Position numbers and translations under genes: made by a program | Part shown: in pieces, positions 1 to 9,618 of the stretch | Numbering within the stretch: the stretch's first letter is position 1 | How the letters are laid out: each line of letters opens with the position of its first letter | Origin: Treponemataceae bacterium | Lineage (GTDB): Bacteria; Spirochaetota; Spirochaetia; Treponematales; Rectinemataceae | Assembly: GCA_963678065.2 (NCBI GenBank) | Contig: CAXXVZ010000002.1 | Coordinates: forward strand, 32,001-96,000 | Direction: 5' to 3' | Length of the DNA: 64,000 nt | Notes under the pieces: generated by a model | Databases searched by the model: none | The model's input: only the letters and a program-made list of their open reading frames with translations | Told to the model about the DNA's origin: nothing

Positions 1-1302
1 CTCGCTCAGGCCTGGGCCATGCGCGCGCCGGCGAACTTCGCCTCCGTCGCGACCTTCGGACCGGTCTCTCTCGGCGTGGATTTCATCGCTTCCGCGGCGG
101 CCGCGAAGACGGAGAGCCCCCTCGTCAGGAACAACGAGATTCCCCTTCCGATGTGGATGTTCGTCGAGTCCTGCGGCGTCCCGGAGCGCAGGGTCTTCGA
201 GTACTGGAAGACGGCGAACCAGGCCGACGGGACGCAGGTCTTCAGGAACGACGACGTGAGCGAGCTCTATCTCGCAAAGCCGAATGCCCTCTCCACCTTC
301 GTCGACGAAGTGGACATGATCGCGCAGACACGCCTCAGTGTCGCCCCGAATGCGCTCGCCGACGACGCGGAAAGGACGAAGAAAGTCTGGGGCTTCCTCT
401 CCTCCGTGACGAGGACGGGCGGCATCATCAATTCCGACCTTCGCCCGGCATACACGCTGCAGGATTGGAAGGCGACGAAACAGACCATACAGATCGATGG
501 CGTCACGCGGCAATGGTTCGAATTCGTGCCCGCCCAGCTCCACAACGCCGTGAATGGTAAAGTGCCTCTCGTCGTCGCGATGCACGGCTCGAGCACGACA
601 GCCGACGCTTTCCTCTGGCGCTCGGAGTGGATCAAGCTGGCGAACGAGCGCGGGTTCATCGTCGTGTTCCCGGCCGCTTCGTTCAACAAGGATGACAAGG
701 CCATGCCCAGGCCGAACTGGAATATCGCCGGGGACAAGACCAATTTCGACGACTACAAATTCCTGCGCGGCATGATCGCCGAAGTTTCGAAACGTCTGCC
801 GGCCGACCCTTCCAGAGTGTACGCGACCGGACAGTCCATGGGCTTCATGACCAGCCTGGCCATCGCCCTCCGGCTGGACGACCTCGTCACCGCGATTGCC
901 GGCGAGACGGGTTTTCTTCTCACCGACAAGGCAGGAGCTCCCTACTACACTTCCGAATATGCCAAGCATACGGGCAAAATCCCCGTCTTCGTCATCATCG
1001 GCCAGAATGACATGCCGGATTTCCTTTCGGAGCCCACGAAGAAGATCAACCTGGAGTACTGGATCCGCAGGGACGCAGCAGGCGAGTACGAGGCGCCCTT
1101 CGGCAGCTATGTCGACGGCCGCTATCGCATAACCTCCTGGGCGGACCGGAACAACATTCCCCTCGTTCAGTACGCCTTCGAGCTGGAGCGGCCGCACGCG
1201 CCTGTCCCCTCCGACAACACGATGCTCTACGACGGATTCCTGTCCAAGTGGAGCCGCGGTTCCGACGGCACGCTCTATTACATGGGAAAAGCGATACAAT
1301 AG
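1..1302 (+). CDS. PHB-depolymerase/LpqC-family alpha/beta hydrolase (esterase), 5'-truncated by the window edge, apparently two hydrolase domains
   Basis: PLVVAMHG, ANERGFIVVFP, DPSRVYATGQSMG (GxSxG nucleophile), C-terminal His (RPHAP). Frame is open back to base 1. Confidence 0.8.
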   Translation, partial: LAQAWAMRAPANFASVATFGPVSLGVDFIASAAAAKTESPLVRNNEIPLPMWMFVESCGVPERRVFEYWKTANQADGTQVFRNDDVSELYLAKPNALSTFVDEVDMIAQTRLSVAPNALADDAERTKKVWGFLSSVTRTGGIINSDLRPAYTLQDWKATKQTIQIDGVTRQWFEFVPAQLHNAVNGKVPLVVAMHGSSTTADAFLWRSEWIKLANERGFIVVFPAASFNKDDKAMPRPNWNIAGDKTNFDDYKFLRGMIAEVSKRLPADPSRVYATGQSMGFMTSLAIALRLDDLVTAIAGETGFLLTDKAGAPYYTSEYAKHTGKIPVFVIIGQNDMPDFLSEPTKKINLEYWIRRDAAGEYEAPFGSYVDGRYRITSWADRNNIPLVQYAFELERPHAPVPSDNTMLYDGFLSKWSRGSDGTLYYMGKAIQ

Positions 1303-1313
1303 ATCGCCGCGGT

Positions 1314-1342
1314 CGGGGCTCCGGAAATGGGGCCCCGTTTTT
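1314..1342 (+). terminator. Rho-independent terminator
   Basis: cggggctcc-ggaaat-ggggccccg followed by TTTTT, just after the esterase stop. Confidence 0.65.
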
Positions 1343-1443
1343 ATCCGCAGGAATTGCAAAAAATGGCAAAACGACGGCGGCTGGCTACGCTCTGCGAGCC
1401 CAGCGAAGTTGACGACACAGGGACAATGCCTTGCATCATGTGT

Positions 1444-1474
1444 TGCAGTGCCACAGGTGATGCACATCACTGCA
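1444..1474. promoter_or_regulatory. Candidate upstream activator site for a sigma54 enhancer-binding protein
   Basis: Overlapping dyads tgcagtg...cactgca and gtgatg-ca-catcac, about 70-100 bp upstream of the -24/-12 element, followed by an AT-rich spacer. Confidence 0.5.
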
Positions 1475-1540
1475 CGTGTCATGATTCATCTTCATATCGA
1501 TAAATATCTACTGCAATGTGAAATATCAAATCAGGACAGT

Positions 1541-1556
1541 TGGCATGATGTTTGCA
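1541..1556 (+). promoter_or_regulatory. Sigma54 (-24/-12) promoter
   Basis: TGGCATGATGTTTGCA matches TGGCACG-N4-TTGCW with correct GG/GC spacing. An RBS (aggagg) and ATG follow, and a bEBP gene lies downstream. Confidence 0.85.
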
Positions 1557-1594
1557 TTACGATGATGTGAAAAACGCATCAGGAGGTTCCTACC

Positions 1595-3829
1595 ATGAAA
1601 AGAGGTCTGGTTCTGCTTCTCGCATCGCTCCTCGCGGCCACGGTCGCCGCGACCCAGGGCTTTGCCGCCGGGGCTGCGGCCGGAGCTGTCGCTCCCGCAG
1701 TATTCGACGGGCTCGTAATAGGCGTACCCTCGCTCGCGATTGCGGGCGGAAAAACGGTCATCACGGTCGAAATGCTCACCCAGGGCAAGAAGATGAAGCT
1801 CTCGACACAGGCGATGGAAGCCGACACGGCGAAAGCGGTCGCATCCACTCTCGTGAAGGGCAATCTCGTCGACTATCGCATGGCCGATGGCCTCGTCCTC
1901 GTCGCCGGAAACCCTTCCGGGACCTTCAACATGATCCTCGCGAAGGACGCCAAGGACAATGGACCCCTTGCCATGAAATTCGGACCCGCGCAGTTCGATT
2001 CCATGAAATATGGTCCCGAGATGCCGCCTGACAATGGCGTCGCGGGCAACATGGTCGCGGCGGGCTGGATATATGGAAAGACGGGCGGAACGATCACGGT
2101 GGGAGATGGCAGGATCGTCAGCGAAGACATCGCGGGTCGGGCACTCCCAAAACCTGTCAAACGCTATGAAGAGGTCTACAATCTCGCACGGGACGTGGCA
2201 GTCTACAATGTAAACACCGCGGATTACAGCAGTTCCAGCGTATCGGACCTCGCTTCGCTTCCCGTCACGCCGGACTACAATTACGCGACAACGAAGCGAC
2301 CGGCCGCATATGTGGTCTTCGATAAAAACTACAGAGAGGCCGCATCGGCAAAAGCGGTTTCCGTCTACTATTTCACTCCGCTGTCCGTTTCCGACGGGCG
2401 ACCCGTGTGGGACGTACCGACCCAGAGCTACCTGCTCAAGGATAAAGGCATCGATCCGGTATCGGGAAAAACGTACGTCTCGATACTTGCGACTGGTGTC
2501 GCCGAGGCTCCCTACACGCGCAGCACCGAACCCTTCGAGATCGTCAAGAACACATTCTGGTTCGTCGGCGACAACGAGGTCGCCGTCTACCTCTTCAACG
2601 CCGACATGGGCACCGCCGACGTGGCCGACGACAGGCTAATCATGCTCGACGCGGGCTGGGTGAACAGCGGATACCAGTACTGGAAGAACATCGAGGCTGT
2701 CGGATTCGATCCCCGGAAAGTCACCGACATCATGCTGACCCACGGACACGCCGACCATTACGGCACGGCGATGGAACTCGTCACCATGATCGAGAATGCC
2801 GGAGGCTCCGTGAGGATGTTCGGAACCGCGGAAGACACATACGGAATCAGCGTCGACGCGCTCGGAAACCCCTGGAAAATCTCAGGAGCGCTGCCCGATG
2901 TCGAGACGGAGATCAGGAGAAGGACGATACCCTACACGTACGACACATACATGGACTTCGGCAACGTCCAGATCCTCGTCACACCCACTCCAGGCCACAC
3001 GCCCGGCACCGGCTCCTTCATCTTCAGGACAAAAAACCCGGATACCGGAGCCTGGCTGAGTTTCGGCTACATGGGAGGATACGGTTACAACGGGCTCTAC
3101 ACCCCCACCGCGGATAACGGTTACCTGAGACTCTCCTTCCAGCTCGGCCTCGCATGGCTGCAGCAGATGGTGGATGTCGACTACGTCGCTCCGCAGCACA
3201 CGAATCAGTACCCGATCGTCGAAGTGTACCAGGCCCTGAAAGCCTACAACAACGATCCGGCCAACTCAGGCAAACCGCTGACCATGCTGGATGCCATGAC
3301 GAAAAACGAGTTCATCAATTTCTGCGAGAAACGGTATTCAGTCGCCACCAACGCCCTGAGCGACCTCAAGGACAAGAGGTACAAGAGCATCGAGACTTCC
3401 GGCCCCTTCAAGCCCTGGAGAGAATACGGACTCCACGAAGTGAAGGCCACGCTCCTGGATGGCGGCAAGATCATCCAGGGATTCAACGGCTTCCAGAATG
3501 TCGTGCCACAGATTCCCCTTCTCAAGGACGGCATCCAGATCATCACGGATTCCTACACGCACGACCCCGAGGGATGGTATGTGCAGTTCTTCATCGATGT
3601 GCTCGACGGCTACGGCGGATTCCTCCCTGGCTCGGGACCTGTCGAATCCTATCGCCCAACCCCCGGAGCCCCTGAAATCCTCAGGACCCAGAGACTCGGC
3701 TCAAAGGCAGAGGCCGAGGCGATCCTGAAAACCGTGCACAAAGGCGGGACATACTACATCGACCTGACCAAGGCGAGCGCGATCATCGTTCCGAAGAACA
3801 TTGTCGAGACATTCAAGGAAGTGAAGTAA
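1595..3829 (+). CDS. Secreted MBL-fold metallo-hydrolase (subclass B3-like core) with long N- and C-terminal extensions
   Basis: Signal peptide, EPFEIVKNTFWFVG, THGHADH (HxHxDH), TPGHTPG, PQH. Strong RBS. Confidence 0.8.
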   Translation: MKRGLVLLLASLLAATVAATQGFAAGAAAGAVAPAVFDGLVIGVPSLAIAGGKTVITVEMLTQGKKMKLSTQAMEADTAKAVASTLVKGNLVDYRMADGLVLVAGNPSGTFNMILAKDAKDNGPLAMKFGPAQFDSMKYGPEMPPDNGVAGNMVAAGWIYGKTGGTITVGDGRIVSEDIAGRALPKPVKRYEEVYNLARDVAVYNVNTADYSSSSVSDLASLPVTPDYNYATTKRPAAYVVFDKNYREAASAKAVSVYYFTPLSVSDGRPVWDVPTQSYLLKDKGIDPVSGKTYVSILATGVAEAPYTRSTEPFEIVKNTFWFVGDNEVAVYLFNADMGTADVADDRLIMLDAGWVNSGYQYWKNIEAVGFDPRKVTDIMLTHGHADHYGTAMELVTMIENAGGSVRMFGTAEDTYGISVDALGNPWKISGALPDVETEIRRRTIPYTYDTYMDFGNVQILVTPTPGHTPGTGSFIFRTKNPDTGAWLSFGYMGGYGYNGLYTPTADNGYLRLSFQLGLAWLQQMVDVDYVAPQHTNQYPIVEVYQALKAYNNDPANSGKPLTMLDAMTKNEFINFCEKRYSVATNALSDLKDKRYKSIETSGPFKPWREYGLHEVKATLLDGGKIIQGFNGFQNVVPQIPLLKDGIQIITDSYTHDPEGWYVQFFIDVLDGYGGFLPGSGPVESYRPTPGAPEILRTQRLGSKAEAEAILKTVHKGGTYYIDLTKASAIIVPKNIVETFKEVK

Positions 3830-3964
3830 AAACCGTTCGGCCCCTCCAGGAGCCGGACGAAAGCCGCGGGCGGGTCGCCCGTCGCTGCCTGAAAATCGGG
3901 GCCATGGAGACTACCTTTCAGGTGAAGCCTGCAGCCTTTCCGTGATTCATGATATGATGGGAGC

Positions 3965-6118
3965 ATGGCGATTTTGGAAACAGGTCAGCGGAATATACGG
4001 ACAGGCGGCTCCGCCAAGATCGTCTTCATCGCCCCCTACGAGGAGATCTTTGCGATAGGATCGCGCCTGATCGTCGAAATGGGGCTTTCGGACAGAGTCG
4101 AAATATACCCCGGCCTCCACTCGCAGGGACTGGAACTGGCGCGCAGGGCCGAGTCTGAGGGTGCAGACCTCATCATCACCCGCGGCGGCACGGCCGAACT
4201 CATCGTAAAGTCCGGCGTGCAGGTGCCTGTAATCGAAATTCCCCTCACCGTACGCGATCTCGCTGATATCCTCCTCGACGCGCGCAAGGCTTCGGGCGTG
4301 GCCGACCCCCGCGTCGCCCTCATCGCCTACCGGAACATGATGCAGCACCTGGAAACCCTGTCGCGGATGATGGACATGCGTCTCGAGGTATACGAGCTCG
4401 TTTCGGAATCCGACATCTCGCCGGCAGTGGAGAAGGCCTGGCACTCCGGCGCCGATGTCGTGATCGGCGGCATCACAACGACGAGCCTCGCGGCTGCCCG
4501 CGGGATGAAGACCGTCATTCTCGCCTCGGGCGAAGACTCCTGCCGCGAGTCCCTGCTGCAGGCCATCAAAATGTCCCAGGTCATGTCGCAGGAGAAAGAA
4601 CGGCTCCAGAAGTTCCGCGTCCTCGTCGAATACTCCGTCCAGGGGATAATCGGCACAGGGGGCGATGGCAGGATCACAGTGTTCAACGAGTCCGCGGAAA
4701 AACTTCTCGCGCGGCGGGCGGCCGATGTCATGGACCGCGATATCGACGAGGTCCTGCCCGAGATACCGGTTGCCCTGGCGATGGCGAGCGGGAAAGCGAT
4801 CCTCGGCCAGCTCGTGCGCATCGAAACGCACCGCTTCATGGCGAACATCGTGCCCATCGACGTGGGAAAATCGCTCGCGGGCGCGATGATAACCATAGAG
4901 GACGTGGGGCAGATTCTGAAGATGGAGGCCAAAGTCCGCTCCGCCCTCTACAGCCGCGGCCTCTGCGCCGAATACAAATTTTCAGATATCTTCGGCACTT
5001 CGCCCCGGATACTGGAGGCGAGACGCATCGCGGCGGAGTATGCGGCGACCGATTCGACCATTCTGATTTACGGCGAGTCGGGCACCGGCAAGGAACTCTT
5101 TGCCCAGGGCATCCACAACGCGGGAAAACGCTCGGCCGGTCCCTTCGTCGCGGTGAACTGCGGCGCCATACCTTCGAGCCTGCTCGAAAGCGAACTTTTC
5201 GGCTACGAGGAGGGGGCCTTCACCGGGGCGAACCGCAAAGGGAAACCGGGGCTGTTCGAGCTGGCCCACGGCGGCACGATCTTCCTGGACGAGATAAGCG
5301 AGCTGGACAAACTGGCCCAGACCAGCCTTCTGCGCGTCATACAGGAAAGGCGCGTGATGCGCCTCGGAGGCGACAAATTCCTCCCGGTGGACGTGCGCAT
5401 AATCACGGCGACGAACAAAAACCTGGCTGCCCTCATCCGTGAAGGCAAATTTCGCGAGGACCTCTACTACCGGATCAACGTCCTGCCCCTGGATCTTCCG
5501 CCACTGCGCGACCGCGCCAGCGATTCGCTGGCGATCGCGGCCCATTATCTTGCCGAATACAACGAGCGTTACAGCAGGAAATCCCGGCTCAGTCCCGCGG
5601 CCCGCGAGTTCATCGAGAAGTACAGCTGGCCGGGCAACCTCCGCCAGCTCCGCAATTACATCGAGCGGCTCGTCGTGACAGGCAAGGACGACCTCGTGGA
5701 GGTACCGCTCAGAGTGGAGGATGACAGGCCGTGGGCAAGCGTCGAGTCACCGGCTCCTGCCTCATCGGATACGGCGGGCTCATCTGCATCCGATGCCTCC
5801 GCGGTACCCGCTGCATCCTCTGTCAGGTCGGCTTCGTCCGCGCGGAGGATGAAGTCCCGGACTCCGCCCGATCCCCGCAAAGCAGCTGTCGGAGAATCTG
5901 CGGGACAGGCATCGCCGCCCCTCGACCCCTCTGACCTGTCCTGCCTGACGCATGCCGCACGCGAATCATTGTCCGAGAAAGAACACATCATCGAGGTGCT
6001 CGCCCTGACCGGTTACAACCAGAAGGAAGCGTCAAAACTTCTCGGAATCGACAGAAGCACGCTCTTCAGGAAAATGAAGGCCATGAACCTAGAAGTGCGC
6101 AAGTCCTGTGCGGACTGA
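3965..6118 (+). CDS. Sigma54-dependent transcriptional activator, PrpR-like (PrpR_N, PAS, AAA+, Fis HTH)
   Basis: DLIITRGGTA (PrpR_N), GESGTGKE, GAFTGA, FLDEI, WPGNLRQL, C-terminal HTH LGIDRSTLFRK. Confidence 0.92.
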   Translation: MAILETGQRNIRTGGSAKIVFIAPYEEIFAIGSRLIVEMGLSDRVEIYPGLHSQGLELARRAESEGADLIITRGGTAELIVKSGVQVPVIEIPLTVRDLADILLDARKASGVADPRVALIAYRNMMQHLETLSRMMDMRLEVYELVSESDISPAVEKAWHSGADVVIGGITTTSLAAARGMKTVILASGEDSCRESLLQAIKMSQVMSQEKERLQKFRVLVEYSVQGIIGTGGDGRITVFNESAEKLLARRAADVMDRDIDEVLPEIPVALAMASGKAILGQLVRIETHRFMANIVPIDVGKSLAGAMITIEDVGQILKMEAKVRSALYSRGLCAEYKFSDIFGTSPRILEARRIAAEYAATDSTILIYGESGTGKELFAQGIHNAGKRSAGPFVAVNCGAIPSSLLESELFGYEEGAFTGANRKGKPGLFELAHGGTIFLDEISELDKLAQTSLLRVIQERRVMRLGGDKFLPVDVRIITATNKNLAALIREGKFREDLYYRINVLPLDLPPLRDRASDSLAIAAHYLAEYNERYSRKSRLSPAAREFIEKYSWPGNLRQLRNYIERLVVTGKDDLVEVPLRVEDDRPWASVESPAPASSDTAGSSASDASAVPAASSVRSASSARRMKSRTPPDPRKAAVGESAGQASPPLDPSDLSCLTHAARESLSEKEHIIEVLALTGYNQKEASKLLGIDRSTLFRKMKAMNLEVRKSCAD

Positions 6119-6188
6119 AGGCCAGTCCGCCGAACTGCCTCCTGTGAGACCAAGACCGGAACCGGCCTTCCCCCCGCCCTGTCTCCCC

Positions 6189-6659
6189 CTACCCTATCGC
6201 CCTCGTCGCTATCACATCGATCCCCGTCCCGAGCGCATTCGCGATGATGATCTGCCCGCGCGCGACAGGCAGGGCGACTTCGGTTGCATAGATCATCCCC
6301 AGGAGCTCGTCGACCTTATGCCGCGGAAAGGCCGCGGTTGTGCGGCAGGAGACCCTGCGGGGACCCGAGAGCGAGTCGCCCGCGCGTCCGCCTGGAATCG
6401 CGCCCGGGCTGCGGGCGGGTGAGATGGAATCGGAACAGGCAGGACCGGCGCAATCGCGCACGAGGCGACAGGTGGCGGTGACAGTGCGTTTGGGGTCGAG
6501 CAGCTCTTCCTTCGCGTAGGCGACGCCGCGCGGACACCGGTTGCCGGTGATGACGAGTTCGCCGGATGGCTGTGCCGCTGATTCGGCCAAGGCCTCTGCG
6601 GCGCTGCGGATCGTGAGGTGGCAGCCCATGGGACAGGTAATGCAGACAAGCTCTTTCAT
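6189..6659 (-). CDS. DUF1667-family CxxC protein
   Basis: CITCPMGC ... GNRCPRG ... PKRTVT. This family is the usual third gene of this oxidoreductase trio. Confidence 0.8.
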   Translation of the reverse strand: MKELVCITCPMGCHLTIRSAAEALAESAAQPSGELVITGNRCPRGVAYAKEELLDPKRTVTATCRLVRDCAGPACSDSISPARSPGAIPGGRAGDSLSGPRRVSCRTTAAFPRHKVDELLGMIYATEVALPVARGQIIIANALGTGIDVIATRAIG

Positions 6660-6671
6660 GGTCCGCCTCCT

Positions 6672-7943
6672 TTATCTGATCGAGATTTCGACGACGGCGT
6701 CGGGATGGGCCGCCGATACGGCGCCCGAATCCGCGCCGAGTTCTGCCGGGCCGAGGTTGAGGCTGATCATCTCGGAAGGCTGGATGTGGCCCTTTTTCTG
6801 GCTGCGCACGACGCGTCCGTCTACCTTGACCTCGAGCACTGCGTCGTTCTTGACGACGAGTGGCCGCATGAAGAGTTTGTTGTCGCGCCCGATGTCGACG
6901 CGCGAGGGGCTGACGTAGCGGATGTTGGAGCCCGCCTTCACGCGGAGCTGGCTTCCGGGCCTGCCGCCGGCGAGCCAGTCCGCGGCGAAGCAGCCCGCGC
7001 GCCGCGATTCTTCGACGACGAAGTCGACGAGATCGTGCACGTGGAGCACGTTGCCGCAGGCGAATACGCCGGGGATCGAAGTCATCATCGTCGCGTCGAC
7101 CCAGGGGCCGTTTGTCATGGGGTTGATCTCGACGCCCGCCTTCTTGGAGAGTTCGTTTTCGGGCACGAGGCCGACGGAGAGGAGGACGGTGTCGCAGGGG
7201 ATGCGCCTCGCCTTCTCGTACACGACCGCGCCGTTCTCGATCGGGGTGATCTCGACGCCTTCGACTCTGTCTTTCCCGTAGATGTCGGTCGTGAGGTGGG
7301 AGAGGTAGAGGGGGATGTCGAAGTCGTGGAGGCACTGCACGATGTTGCGCGTGAGACCCGAAGGATACGGCAGTATTTCGACGACGGCGTGGACCTTGCA
7401 GCCGATCCAGCTCATGCGCCTCGCCATGATGAGGCCGATGTCGCCCGAGCCGATGATGACGACTTCCTTGCCGGGGATGTAGCCCTCGATGTTGACGAGT
7501 CGCTGGGCGAGCCCGGCCGTGTAGACTCCGGCGGGACGCGAGCCAGGAATGCGGATGTTCCCGCGGTTGCGCTCGCGGCAGCCCATGGCGAGGATGACTG
7601 CGCGCGCGGTCATGCGGATGACGCCGCGCTCTCGCGAGACGCAGTAGAGGACCTTGATCTCGCCCTCGGTCTCCATCCCGATGACGGTGGTGCCGCAGAA
7701 GCTCATGACGCGCGAGCCGCGGAGCCTGTCCTCGAAGCGCTGGGCGAACTCGGGCCCCGACAGCTCCTCGTTGAACTCGATGAGGCCGAATCCGTTGTGG
7801 ATGCACTGCATGAGGATGCCGCCGAGCTCCTCTTCCCGCTCGAGGACAGCGACGGAATATCCGCGGGTTTCCAGCTCGAGGGCGGCGGCCATGCCGGCGG
7901 CACCGCCGCCTATGACTATCGAATCGAAGTTGAGTTCTTTCAT
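6672..7943 (-). CDS. FAD/NAD(P)-dependent oxidoreductase (pyridine nucleotide-disulfide family)
   Basis: GGGAAG, GGILMQCIHNGFG, GSGDIG, GVFACGNVLHVHD. Confidence 0.88.
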   Translation of the reverse strand: MKELNFDSIVIGGGAAGMAAALELETRGYSVAVLEREEELGGILMQCIHNGFGLIEFNEELSGPEFAQRFEDRLRGSRVMSFCGTTVIGMETEGEIKVLYCVSRERGVIRMTARAVILAMGCRERNRGNIRIPGSRPAGVYTAGLAQRLVNIEGYIPGKEVVIIGSGDIGLIMARRMSWIGCKVHAVVEILPYPSGLTRNIVQCLHDFDIPLYLSHLTTDIYGKDRVEGVEITPIENGAVVYEKARRIPCDTVLLSVGLVPENELSKKAGVEINPMTNGPWVDATMMTSIPGVFACGNVLHVHDLVDFVVEESRRAGCFAADWLAGGRPGSQLRVKAGSNIRYVSPSRVDIGRDNKLFMRPLVVKNDAVLEVKVDGRVVRSQKKGHIQPSEMISLNLGPAELGADSGAVSAAHPDAVVEISIR

Positions 7944-9460
7944 AGCTCGCCCCTCAAGATTTCGGAGCCGGGACCACTCTTGGTTATCTCTGCCCAGGTC
8001 ATGCCGGTCTCGCGCATGATGATCTTGATTATCTTGTACGTGCAGAAGCCGCCCTGACAGCGCCCCATCTGGGCGCGCGTGAAGTACTTGATGCCGTCGA
8101 GCGTGGTGTGGCCGCGCTTTACGGCCTCGACGATTTCGGCCTCGGTGACCTGCTCGCAGCGGCAGACCATTTCGCCGAAGGCCGGATCTGTCTTGACGAG
8201 TTCGTCGAGCTCGTAGGGCGAGAGGTCGCGGGCGCGCGGGAACTTGCGCATGAAGGGGTCGTAGTCGGCCTTCTCCACGAGGCGGAGGCCGCCCCTTTTG
8301 AGAATGTCCTTGACGTACTCGCCGATCGCGGGGCTCGCCGTGAGCCCGGGAGACTGTATCCCGGCCACCTGGACGAGGTTGGGCGCGACAAAGGACATCT
8401 CGATGAAGAAGTCCTCCTCCAGCACGGGGCGGGAGCCGGCGAAGCTCGTGATGACATCGCTTTCCGAGATGGAGGGGACCATGTTCCGGGCATTGCGCAG
8501 GATGTTCTCGAGCTCGGCGCGCGTCGTGGACGCGTCGTCCTTCTCCTCGCTCGGCGTGGCCGTCGGGCCGATGAGAACGGTGCCCTCCACCGTGGGAATG
8601 ACAAGCATGCCCTTGGATACCGACGAGGGGACGGGGAAAACGACACGGTTCGGTCGGGACTTCGTCATGCGGTCGAGGAGGTAGTACTCGCCCTTGCGCG
8701 GCGTGATGCGGAAGGATTCACCTCCGAAGACGCGGGACACATCGTCGGCGTAGAGCCCCGCCGCGTTGACGACATAGCGGGCCCTGATGCTGCGCCCGTC
8801 GGCCGCGGTGACCTTCCACAGTCCTTCGCGGCGTTCGGCGCCGGACACCGCGAAGCCTGTAACGAGGCGCACGCCGTTCTTGACGGCGTTCTCGACGAGG
8901 GAGAAGACGAAGCGGTAAGGCTCGACGATGCCGCCGCCGGGGGCGTAGAGCCCTCCGACCGTGTCGCGGCTCAGCTTGGGCTCGAGTTCGAGCATGCGCT
9001 CCCGTGAGCACATCTCGATGCCGATGGCGCCGTTCTCGACTCCCTGCATGTAGAGCTGTTCCACGGAGCGCATTTCATCCTCGTGGAGGGCGACGACGAC
9101 GATGCCGCAGCGCTCGAAGGGGAAGTCGAGCTCGGCCTTGAGTCGGTCGAACATCATGGCTCCCTGAACCTCCAGCCTGGCCTTGAGGTATGTGGCGTTG
9201 TGGTGGAAGCCGCCGTGCACTATGCCCGAGTTGGCCTTGGATACGCCGAAGGAGACGTCGACTTCCTTGTCCACGAGGGCGACATCGAGTTCATAGGCCG
9301 AAAGTCGGCGGGCTATGTTGGCCCCGCAGACTCCGGCGCCGATGACGAGGACGTCAAAGGCCGTCTCCGCTCCCGGCGCTCCGCCCTCGGTCCGGTCCGC
9401 GGCCGCAGCCAAAGCTTCGGCCAGGGCCGGCATCGCCGGTTCATTCACTGTGTTCTTCAT
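7940..9460 (-). CDS. FAD-dependent oxidoreductase (G3P dehydrogenase/LhgO-like) with C-terminal BFD-like [2Fe-2S] domain
   Basis: GAGVCG, SKANSGIVHGG, GIQSPGLT, VCRCE...GRCQGGFC. ATG at 9460 chosen as start. Confidence 0.85.
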   Translation of the reverse strand: MKNTVNEPAMPALAEALAAAADRTEGGAPGAETAFDVLVIGAGVCGANIARRLSAYELDVALVDKEVDVSFGVSKANSGIVHGGFHHNATYLKARLEVQGAMMFDRLKAELDFPFERCGIVVVALHEDEMRSVEQLYMQGVENGAIGIEMCSRERMLELEPKLSRDTVGGLYAPGGGIVEPYRFVFSLVENAVKNGVRLVTGFAVSGAERREGLWKVTAADGRSIRARYVVNAAGLYADDVSRVFGGESFRITPRKGEYYLLDRMTKSRPNRVVFPVPSSVSKGMLVIPTVEGTVLIGPTATPSEEKDDASTTRAELENILRNARNMVPSISESDVITSFAGSRPVLEEDFFIEMSFVAPNLVQVAGIQSPGLTASPAIGEYVKDILKRGGLRLVEKADYDPFMRKFPRARDLSPYELDELVKTDPAFGEMVCRCEQVTEAEIVEAVKRGHTTLDGIKYFTRAQMGRCQGGFCTYKIIKIIMRETGMTWAEITKSGPGSEILRGEL

Positions 9461-9618
9461 TCTCTCGTGTTCCTTGCTACCGTTATGAACCATGATAATA
9501 GGATGGTAAAACTGCAGCTGACAAGCCAAAAAGCGAGGGATGGGGCTTTCGGGCCTTCCCTTGCCGTTCCTGTCGGTTTCATTGACATTTCCGGCATTCT
9601 GTTTTCATACTGCCTTCC

